Assembly: GCF_001017655.1 (NCBI RefSeq)
Contig: NZ_CP010904.1
Span: forward strand, 2,910,001-2,942,000
Direction: 5' to 3'
Length of the DNA stretch: 32,000 nt
From: Kiritimatiella glycovorans
Lineage (GTDB): Bacteria; Verrucomicrobiota; Kiritimatiellia; Kiritimatiellales; Kiritimatiellaceae
The position numbers and the translations under genes were made by a program. The notes beneath the pieces were generated by a model. That model was not told where the DNA came from, did not search any database, and worked only from the letters and a program-made list of their open reading frames with translations. This document shows, piece after piece, positions 17,964 through 24,885 of the stretch; positions within the stretch are counted from its first letter, which is position 1; the number at the start of each line of letters is the position of its first letter.

Positions 17964-19058
17964 ATGTCACCGGCACATCGGCTACTCCACGCGCCCCCGG
18001 TCCGCGCCGCCATGCTCGCATGGGCGCTCTGCCTTGCCGTACCCCTGTCCGCGGCGGGCGCCGAACGGCTCCGGATCGAAACCGAACTCTACCGGATGTC
18101 CGGCGTGTTCCCGGAGATGAACCAGATCGCGCTGGTTCACGATGTTCCGCTGCAGGGCATGCGCTGCATGTTCATCGCCCGGCTCCCCGAACTGGACGGC
18201 GAGCTGCGGATCGGCTTCGCGAACGGGCCGGTGCCCGAGGACGAGGAGAGTGTGAGTGCACGCATCGAAGAGGTGCTGGGCACGGTCGGCACGCTGTTTG
18301 CCGAACAGGTGGAGAGCGGGGAGATCGACCGCCCGGGCCCGTCGTACGGCGCCGCCATCTCGCGGCGGTTTCTGGACGAGACGCTGTATGTCGCGGCCTT
18401 CGAATCCTCCGGCCGGATCGCCGTGCTCCACCTCAACGGGTCCGCGGAACACGAAAAAGTACTCCGCGCCGGGCGCGAGCTGGCGCGCAGCCTGAAGATC
18501 AAACCGCCGGTCGTGGAAGGCGGCGTGGTGCTCCGCCCGTACTACGACCCCGACGAAGGCCTCGGCCTCGACTACCCCGAAGGCATGCGCCTGGTGCCTT
18601 CGACGATGCCCGGCGCAGGCCTCGTGGCCCAATTCGCCGGCAACGGAGACCAGCCGTTCGATACCATCCAGATCTACGACCGCAGCGGCATCTTCCGGCG
18701 CAACTCGATCGACGTCCCCGCACCCGGCGATTTCGACAGCGCTCTGCACTATCTGCGCGAAGCGCATGCACAGCTGATGAAGCGCATGGGGCAGGAAACC
18801 AGCGAAGGGCTGCGCGTGGCCCGGGATCACGGCGGGCTCTACCTCGCGGATACCTTTCGCCATCCGGAAGGAAAGCAGTACCGCGTCTACTACCTCATCT
18901 CGCACGGACGCTTCTACAGCCTGGAATTCGCCTCCGGCGGCGAGTTGAACGACGAACTCGCCCGCCGCATATTCCGCTCGCTGCGCCTGCCGGAGAAGAC
19001 GAAGGCTTCGCGCGAAAAGGACGCCGAAGGGGAACACGAAAACCCCGCGATCAGGTAG
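17964..19058 (+). CDS. Hypothetical secreted protein
   Basis: 364-aa ORF with coding-like composition and a signal-like N-terminus (AAMLAWALCLAVPLSAAGA). I recognise no family. Confidence 0.55.
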   Translation: MSPAHRLLHAPPVRAAMLAWALCLAVPLSAAGAERLRIETELYRMSGVFPEMNQIALVHDVPLQGMRCMFIARLPELDGELRIGFANGPVPEDEESVSARIEEVLGTVGTLFAEQVESGEIDRPGPSYGAAISRRFLDETLYVAAFESSGRIAVLHLNGSAEHEKVLRAGRELARSLKIKPPVVEGGVVLRPYYDPDEGLGLDYPEGMRLVPSTMPGAGLVAQFAGNGDQPFDTIQIYDRSGIFRRNSIDVPAPGDFDSALHYLREAHAQLMKRMGQETSEGLRVARDHGGLYLADTFRHPEGKQYRVYYLISHGRFYSLEFASGGELNDELARRIFRSLRLPEKTKASREKDAEGEHENPAIR

Positions 19059-19258
19059 AGGACGATCTCTTAGGCCGCCGCTCTTATCCGTGAAATTGGT
19101 GTCGTCCGTGGTCGTCCCCGAAATTAAACAATCCGAGCCGAACCTCCGTGGTGCTTTCCGCGTTTTACCTCACGCAACCCTCCCCATCCGCTTTCCCTTT
19201 TTTCATTTCTCAACTTCGTGCCGATGACGTACATTCGGCACTCAATCCCGCAAGGAGC

Positions 19259-20180
19259 ATGAGAATCTTGGATACGTCAACACTGCTCGAGCTTTACAGA
19301 CCCATCTGGACGGCCCGGCGCGTGGATGAAATGGAACAGGCGCTCGCCCACCGCGGCGAGGCGTTCTTCTTCATCCCCGGCTCCGGTCACGAGGCCGCGG
19401 CGGCGCTGGCGCCGCACCTGACCGCCGCCGACTGGCTGCACTGCCACTACCGCGACAAGGCGCTCGCCCTGGCGCGCGGCGTCAGCGTGGAGTCGATGTT
19501 CGCCGCCCTGCTCGCGCGCGACCCGTCCGGCAGCGCGGGGCGCCGTATGCCCGATTTCCCCTGCGATCCGGAACTGAACATCCTCAGCACCCCCACGCTC
19601 GTCGGCAACAACGCCCTGCAGGCGGCCGGCGTCGCGGCGGCGGTGAAGGACCGCGAGGGCGCGCCGGTGGTCTACTGCGGGCTGGGCGACGGCGCGACGC
19701 AGGAAGGCGAGTTCTTCGAGGCGGTGGCGGAGGCCGTCCGCGCGACCCTGCCGGTGCTCTTCGTCGTTCAGGACAACCGCTACGCGCTGTCGACACTCAC
19801 CGCAGGCCAGACGTTCTACTCGACGCCCGACGGCAACCCCGAAACGTTCTACGGTCTCCCGATCCGCCGCGTCGAGGGCGCGGACGTCGCGGCGTGCCAC
19901 GAGACCTTCGGCGCGGCCGTGGCCGAGGCGCGCGAACACCGCCGCCCGCAGATCGTCTGCATGCGCTGTGAGCGGCTGCAGAGTCATACGAACGCCGACG
20001 ACCATACCGCGTACCGCACGGAGGAGGATCTGGCCGAGGCGGCGGAGCACGGCGATCCCCTGCGCAACCTGGAGCGTATGCTGATCGACGCGGGCGAGGA
20101 GGCGTCGCGGCTTCGGGCGATCGAGGAGGAATGCGAACAGGCCGTGCAGGACGCCCTCGCCGCCGCCCGTGCCGGGGCGG
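19259..20180 (+). other. Domain: E1 alpha, TPP-binding (E1_dh type)
   Basis: TPP motif GLGDGATQEGEFFEAVAEAVRATLPVLFVVQDNRYA, and the loop SHTNADDHTAYRTEED equivalent to HSTSDD..YR of branched-chain/pyruvate E1 alpha. Confidence 0.8.
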
Positions 20181-22609
20181 AACCGGAAGCGGCGCTCAGC
20201 GCGAAGAAGCCGCTGCCGGTCGAGCTGACCGACCCGAAACGCGAATATCGCGGCACGGGAGAACGCAAGCTCACCATGATCGCCGCCCTGCGCGCGGCCC
20301 TGCGCGTGCGGCTGGAGGAGGAAGACGCGGCGTACGTCTGGGGTGAGGACCTCGAAGACCCCAAAGGCGACGTCTTCGGGCTCGCGAAGGGACTCAGCTC
20401 CGCCTTCCCGGGCCGCGTGCGCAACGCCCCGCTGAGCGAGGCCACCATCGTCGGCGCCGCCGTCGGCCAGGCGCTCGCGGGCCGCCGGCCGGTCGCGTGT
20501 CTGCAGTTCGCCGACTTCCTGCCGCCCGCGTTCAATCAGATCGCCTCGGAGCTGGGCACGATGTACTGGCGCACCAACGGGCGCCTGGAGGCGCCGGTGA
20601 CCGTGCTCTCGGTCTGCGGCGGATATCGCCCCGGCCTCGGGCCGTTTCACGCGCAGACGCCCTCCGCCGTGGCCGCCCACCTGCCGGGAATCGACGTCTT
20701 TCTGCCCTCGACCGCGGCCGACGCGGCGGGGCTGCTGCTGGCGGCGCTGCGCTCGGACCGGCCGTCGATCTTCTTCTATCCCAAAAACCTCCTGAATGAC
20801 CGCAGCGTCGCGACGTCGGAGGACATCGACCGCCACTTCGTTCCGATCGGGAAGGCGCGAATCGCGCGGGCGGGCGGCGACCTGACGCTCGTCGCGTGGG
20901 GCAGCACTATGCCCACGGCCCTTCGTACGGCGGAGGCCGTCGAGCAGGCCGGCCTCTCGGTCGAGGTCGTCGATCTGCGTACGCTCTCGCCGTGGGACCG
21001 CGAGGCGGTATTTGAATCCACCTCGAAAACCGGCCGGCTGCTGGTGATCGATGAAGACCACCAGACCTGCGGGATGGCGGGCGAGGTCTGCGCCGCGGTG
21101 GCGGAGGCGCAGGGCGAACGGGTTCGCGTGGCGCGGCTGGGCGCCGCCGACGCGTATGTCCCCTACCACTTCGGCAACCAGCTCGACGTGCTGCCGTCGT
21201 TCCGGCCCGTGCTCGAAAAGGCTGCGGAGATGCTCGATTGCTCCGTGCGCTGGAACCGGCGGGCCGAGGAGGAGGAAGGGCGGGTGACGGTCAAGACGCT
21301 GGGATCGAGTCCCTCCGACGAGACGGTGAAGATCGTCGAACTGCACGCCGCCGCGGGCGAGGCGGTCGAAGAGGGCGCGCCGCTGGCGTCGGTCGAGGCG
21401 GACAAGGCGACGATGGAGATCGAGGCGCCGCTGGCGGGTACGGTGGAGAAGGTGCTGCTTTCGGAAGGCGACGAGGTGGACGTCGGGGCACCGCTGCTGA
21501 CGCTGGTGCCGTCGGTGGAGGCCGCGGCGCGGCCGCAGACGACCGACGATCCCGGCATCCCGGTGGTCGAAAAGCAGCGCAGCGTGACGGAGGCGGCGGC
21601 CCCGGCGACGCAAGGACACGAGCGCGAGAGCGCCCCGACGGTGATCTCATCGATCTGCTCCGCCCTGGGATCGCAGCTGAAGACGAACGATGAGCTCGTG
21701 GAAATCTGTCCCGGCTGGTCGCCGGACGACGTCGTACAGCGTACGGGGATCCGGAAGCGGCACTGGATCGGCGAAGGCGAATCGGCGCTCTCGCTCGCCG
21801 TGGACGCCTGTCACAAACTCTTTGAACGCGAGGGCGTGACGGTCAACGACTTCGACGCCATCATCTGCAGCACGGGGACGCCGCCCTCGACCACCCCGTC
21901 GCTGGCCTGCCGGATCCTGAAGGAGCTCAGTCCCGAGGAGGGCGAGACGCTGATCCCGGCGCACGACATCAATGCGGCGTGTTCGGGCTACCTGTACGCC
22001 CTGCAGCAGGCCTGCGACATGCTCGAGCACGACCCCGGCGCGCGGATCCTGCTGGTGACGAGCGAGACGCTCTCGCCGATGCTGAATAAGGATGATCCGG
22101 GCACGTTTTTCCTGTTCGGTGACGCCGCGACCGCTTCGCTGGTCTCGCGGGAACAGCGCGGGGGCAACCTCAACCTGCGGGTCGGGCGACCGGTACTCTC
22201 GGCGATGGGGGCCGAGGAGAAGGTGCTCTACGTGCCCTCGCTGCAGAGCGGGACGTTCATGGAGATGGACGGGCGGAGCGTATTCCGGATCGCCGTGCGG
22301 AAGATGATCGACATGCTCGACCGCGCCTGTGCGCAGGAGGGCGCGACGGTCGACGACCTTTCCCTGATTGTCCCGCACCAGGCGAACGGGAGGATTATTG
22401 AGGCGATACGCAAGGCCATCAAGTTTCCGACGGATAAGGTGTTCTACTACATTCGCGATTACGGCAACACCTCGTCGAACACCATCCCGCTCAGCCTCGA
22501 AGCGCTGCCCTCCGACCTCCCGCCCGGCGGGAAGATCGGGCTGACGGCATTCGGCGGCGGCTTCACCTTTGCCGCCGGCGTGGTGGAGACGCTCGAGCGG
22601 CCGCAATAA
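19259..22609 (+). CDS. Multidomain fusion protein (1116 aa): 2-oxoacid dehydrogenase E1 alpha (TPP) + E1 beta + lipoyl domain + FabH-type 3-oxoacyl synthase III
   Basis: The ATG at 19259 has an AAGGAG RBS. One frame with no stops covers all four homology regions. Details are given in the four domain features below. Confidence 0.85.
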   Translation: MRILDTSTLLELYRPIWTARRVDEMEQALAHRGEAFFFIPGSGHEAAAALAPHLTAADWLHCHYRDKALALARGVSVESMFAALLARDPSGSAGRRMPDFPCDPELNILSTPTLVGNNALQAAGVAAAVKDREGAPVVYCGLGDGATQEGEFFEAVAEAVRATLPVLFVVQDNRYALSTLTAGQTFYSTPDGNPETFYGLPIRRVEGADVAACHETFGAAVAEAREHRRPQIVCMRCERLQSHTNADDHTAYRTEEDLAEAAEHGDPLRNLERMLIDAGEEASRLRAIEEECEQAVQDALAAARAGAEPEAALSAKKPLPVELTDPKREYRGTGERKLTMIAALRAALRVRLEEEDAAYVWGEDLEDPKGDVFGLAKGLSSAFPGRVRNAPLSEATIVGAAVGQALAGRRPVACLQFADFLPPAFNQIASELGTMYWRTNGRLEAPVTVLSVCGGYRPGLGPFHAQTPSAVAAHLPGIDVFLPSTAADAAGLLLAALRSDRPSIFFYPKNLLNDRSVATSEDIDRHFVPIGKARIARAGGDLTLVAWGSTMPTALRTAEAVEQAGLSVEVVDLRTLSPWDREAVFESTSKTGRLLVIDEDHQTCGMAGEVCAAVAEAQGERVRVARLGAADAYVPYHFGNQLDVLPSFRPVLEKAAEMLDCSVRWNRRAEEEEGRVTVKTLGSSPSDETVKIVELHAAAGEAVEEGAPLASVEADKATMEIEAPLAGTVEKVLLSEGDEVDVGAPLLTLVPSVEAAARPQTTDDPGIPVVEKQRSVTEAAAPATQGHERESAPTVISSICSALGSQLKTNDELVEICPGWSPDDVVQRTGIRKRHWIGEGESALSLAVDACHKLFEREGVTVNDFDAIICSTGTPPSTTPSLACRILKELSPEEGETLIPAHDINAACSGYLYALQQACDMLEHDPGARILLVTSETLSPMLNKDDPGTFFLFGDAATASLVSREQRGGNLNLRVGRPVLSAMGAEEKVLYVPSLQSGTFMEMDGRSVFRIAVRKMIDMLDRACAQEGATVDDLSLIVPHQANGRIIEAIRKAIKFPTDKVFYYIRDYGNTSSNTIPLSLEALPSDLPPGGKIGLTAFGGGFTFAAGVVETLERPQ
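20264..21238 (+). other. Domain: E1 beta (transketolase pyrimidine-binding plus C-terminal domains)
   Basis: LTMIAALRAAL...VWGEDL...APLSEATIVGAAVGQALAGRRPVACLQFADFLPPAFNQI...PSTAADAAGLLLAALRSDRPSIFFYPK...VVDLRTLSPWD. Confidence 0.8.
21281..21508 (+). other. Domain: lipoyl-attachment (biotinyl/lipoyl fold), followed by an Ala/Pro-rich linker (21509-21637)
   Basis: LASVEADKATMEIEAPLAGTVEKVLLSEGDEVDVGAPLLTL. The DKA lysine codon is at 21404-21406. The motif is E-x-DKA (lipoyl type), not the biotinyl MKM type. Confidence 0.75.
21638..22606 (+). other. Domain: KAS III / FabH-like condensing enzyme with an intact Cys-His-Asn triad
   Basis: HDINAACSGYLYAL (Cys codon 21980-21982), VPHQANGRI (His 22376-22378), YGNTSSNTIP (Asn 22466-22468), and the C-terminal FGGGFTF. 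Confidence 0.8.
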
Positions 22610-22734
22610 ATTCGCACCCCGAACGGATCAAGCCCGCGGGGCTGCAAAGGGGATGGTGGAAAAGTGAAAAGAAATCGAGACCTCAGCTTTCACCTGTTCC
22701 ACATCTTCATCTCTGATAAAATGCCCCACTTTCC

Positions 22735-22808
22735 GGGCCCGTAGCTCAGTCGGTCAGAGCAGGAGACTCATAATCTCTTGGTCGGGGGTTCGAGTCCCTC
22801 CGGGCCCA
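22735..22808 (+). tRNA. tRNA with anticodon CAT (elongator Met or lysidine-modified Ile2 type; not an initiator)
   Basis: Manual cloverleaf: acceptor GGGCCCG/CGGGCCC, D arm GCTC..GAGC, anticodon stem GGAGA/TCTCT with loop CTCATAA, and T arm GGGGG-TTCGAGT-CCCTC. It is 74 nt with no encoded CCA. Confidence 0.9.
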
Positions 22809-22828
22809 TTCCTTCACACCCCCGCCCC

Positions 22829-23047
22829 GTACTCAGCGAAAATGGGATTCACCATGAAGGCCATGAAGAGCATGAAGGTTGGTTGAGGGGGGGGGACGTA
22901 ATCCGTACTCGCACTCGTACTCGTACTCGTACTCGGAGCGCCGAAGGCGCGATCCCACTCCCCCTGTTCAAGGAACTCGAGTACGAATTATGTTCTCTCT
23001 GAATCCCGGCTTCGACTTCGATCCGGATTTCGAGATCCCATCCGTGT
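22829..23047. repeat. Mosaic intergenic repeat, copy d (partial Y rc - nonamer array x3 - G-run - GTACTC x5 - core - arm - X rc)
   Basis: CATGAAGNN x3 at 22853-22879, five hexamer units (four GTACTC plus one GCACTC variant) at 22905-22934, core at 22935-22963, and the X module (reverse complement of 2969-3034) at 22981-23047. Confidence 0.85.
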
Positions 23048-23056
23048 TCTCTCTTA

Positions 23057-23259
23057 CGCTCGTAGTAGGCCCGCAGGTCCGCGAAGCGGACAAGGGCCGT
23101 TATCTTTCACGCGCCTGGCCTGCCGGAGGGGCAGGCGTGCGGCGCTACTACGAACTTCCTCACGCTCGTAGTAGGCCCGCAGGTCCGCGCAGCAGACAAG
23201 GGCCGTTATCTTTCACGCGCCTGGCCTGCCGGGGGCAGACTTGCGGCGCTACTACGAAC
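23057..23259. repeat. Tandem direct duplication, 2 x ~100 bp units (period 106 bp), each internally self-complementary
   Basis: Units at 23057-23155 and 23163-23259 are ~90% identical. Each is bounded by TCGTAGTAGG...CGCTACTACGA and contains GTCCGC-GAA-GCGGAC and GCCTGCC-GGAG-GGGCAGGC hairpins (unit 1). Confidence 0.85.
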
Positions 23260-23371
23260 GCTTGTCGTCTCCCATCCCGACCCCGGCATCCTCTGTGACC
23301 GCTGTGGTGAATCCCCGTCCCGCCTCTTCCCCGAACGGCTCCACCACAAAAAATTTGCGAAGAACCAAAAA

Positions 23372-23419
23372 GGATCGCGCCTTCAGCCCTCCAAGTACGC
23401 GTACGAATCATGTTCACCC
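23372..23419. repeat. Mosaic intergenic repeat, degenerate core plus X-like stub (copy d2)
   Basis: GGATCGCGCCTTCAGCCCTCCAAGTACGCGTACGAATCATGTTCACCC parallels the reverse complement of 3021-3063 and 12918-12935. Confidence 0.65.
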
Positions 23420-23701
23420 TTGCCCTTTTTCACTCACCTGGCCTCCTGATCCGTGAAGATTGCCGCCCACTAAAAATCCTGCGGATCCAAGGGGAAAATG
23501 ACGCAATGTGCGACCCTCACACTCGAAGAAGATTGTAGCCTGTCAGTCAGCCATTACAATTATCGTCCTTCGCGAATGGGATGCTAGTGTCCGAATGAAA
23601 AAGATGGTGCGCCTGGGCAAACGGGCGGCGCAAGCGGAACCGGAAAAGATGAAAGGCGCGGCAGCAGAGAACGCACACACGAATAAGCAAAGGCAGGTCC
23701 G

Positions 23702-24835
23702 ATGAAAATTCCCGCTGCGATAAACGTACGAACGCTCCTGTGCTTCTTTTTCCTTGTGATTGCGGAGACACACGGGTCGGGCCGGATTAACGACCTCGTT
23801 GCCGGATCCGGACGTCCGGAACCGATCGAGGTCGCGAAAGACGGCCACGGTTTTGTGTACGCACAATCCCGCACCCCTTTCGTCGTTTGGGGTGTAAACT
23901 ACGACCACAATGAGTCCGGCAGGCTGCTGGAGGATTACTGGGATGACGCGTGGCCGGTCGTCAGGGAAGACTTCCGTGAAATGAAGGCGCTGGGCGCGAA
24001 CGTCGTCCGTATCCATCTGCAGACCGGCTCCTTCTTCGAGGACTCGCGTGCCATCTCGAAGCCGGCGTTACAGAACCTTTCGCGTCTGCTTGAGCTTGCG
24101 GAACGGACGGGCCTCTACCTGAATATCACGGGTCTCGGGTGCTATCACAAAGACGAAGTGCCCGCCTGGTACGATGCGATGGAGGAATCCGAGCGCTGGA
24201 AGATTCAAGCGACGTTCTGGGGGGCGGTCGCCGCGACCTGCGCGCATTCTCCGGCGGTCTTCTGTTACGACCTTATGAACGAACCGATTCTGCCCGGGCG
24301 CGACAAGCCTGCCGACGGGTGGCTGGCAGGCGAATTCGGCGGGAAACATTTCGTCCAGTACATCACCCGCGATCTGCGGGGACGCACGCGCAGGGCCGTC
24401 GCCCGCGCCTGGGTAGAAACGCTGACCGACGCGATCCGACGCGGCGACCCGGATTCCATGATCACCGTCGGCGTCATCCCCTGGGCCCATACATGGCCGA
24501 ATGCGAAACCGATCTTCTACTCGCCGGAGGTGCGCGGGCCGCTCGACTTTGCGTCCGTCCACTTTTACCCGCGTAAAGACAAAGTGGAAAAGGCACTGCG
24601 CGCGCTCCAGGTCTACGAGGTCGGCATGCCGCTGGTGATCGAAGAAATGTTTCCGCTGAGGTGCTCCATCGAGGAGATGAATGCCTTCATCGAAGGCTCG
24701 CGCGATATTGCCGACGGATGGATCAGCTTCTACTGGGGAACAACCGCGGAAGAGTACCGGGCCGGGGAACGCGATGCGGCTGCACTAATCAAGGCCGCTT
24801 GGCTGGATTATTTTGCGAACAAAAAAATCCGTTGA
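23702..24835 (+). CDS. Glycoside hydrolase family 5-like (beta/alpha)8 glycosidase, secreted
   Basis: Signal-like N-terminus. Blocks: GANVVRIHL, the acid/base motif YDLMNEP, and the putative nucleophile region LVIEEMF. Confidence 0.75.
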   Translation: MKIPAAINVRTLLCFFFLVIAETHGSGRINDLVAGSGRPEPIEVAKDGHGFVYAQSRTPFVVWGVNYDHNESGRLLEDYWDDAWPVVREDFREMKALGANVVRIHLQTGSFFEDSRAISKPALQNLSRLLELAERTGLYLNITGLGCYHKDEVPAWYDAMEESERWKIQATFWGAVAATCAHSPAVFCYDLMNEPILPGRDKPADGWLAGEFGGKHFVQYITRDLRGRTRRAVARAWVETLTDAIRRGDPDSMITVGVIPWAHTWPNAKPIFYSPEVRGPLDFASVHFYPRKDKVEKALRALQVYEVGMPLVIEEMFPLRCSIEEMNAFIEGSRDIADGWISFYWGTTAEEYRAGERDAAALIKAAWLDYFANKKIR

Positions 24836-24885
24836 GGGGAACCTCCCAACCCCGTGGCCTGTTTAAGAAGCCCCGGCACGCACAC

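Noticed and set aside
19277-21619. A 780-aa ORF antisense to the E1/lipoyl fusion gene. Similar long antisense or off-frame ORFs occur at 9033-10637(-), 26541-28931(-), 16850-19093(+), 14020-15453(+), 13022-14245(+), 15513-16550(-), 10920-11687(-), 7823-8701(-) and 3185-3922(-).
   Set aside because: Their translations are Arg/Gly/Pro/Ala-rich low-complexity sequence with no recognisable domains. Each lies opposite, or out of frame with, a gene that has clear family motifs. This is typical of stop-codon-poor frames in ~65% GC DNA.
23057-23259. The tandem units plus a nearby reverse transcriptase considered as a diversity-generating retroelement (TR/VR pair), or as a retron.
   Set aside because: The RT is a canonical group II intron IEP (GUGCG 5' end, YADD, maturase-type context) 20 kb away. 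Differences between the two units are not adenine-specific, and neither unit lies within a target gene.
22778-23298. ORFs reading through the repeats, which give YSYSYS / TRTRTR / HEGHEEHEG-type peptides and a shared RVRIMxSxNPxFDFDxDFEIPSV segment (22778-23002, 22879-23298, 2924-3148, 12801-13121).
   Set aside because: One starts inside the tRNA gene. The shared peptide only reflects the shared module X at the DNA level. The core lies in opposite orientation between copies, so no consistent protein is encoded, and there are no RBSs.
22829-23460. The repeat-rich tract considered as a CRISPR array or an integron attC cassette array.
   Set aside because: There is no regular repeat-spacer periodicity; the only repeats are two adjacent 106-bp-period units and heterogeneous modules. 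No cas genes or intI integrase are in the window, and no attC R'/R'' core sites are recognisable.
22809-23701. A genomic island or prophage remnant integrated at the tRNA(CAT) 3' end.
   Set aside because: There is no integrase, no direct repeat of the tRNA 3' end, and no cargo genes. The tract is only ~0.9 kb of non-coding repeats before an ordinary GH5 gene.
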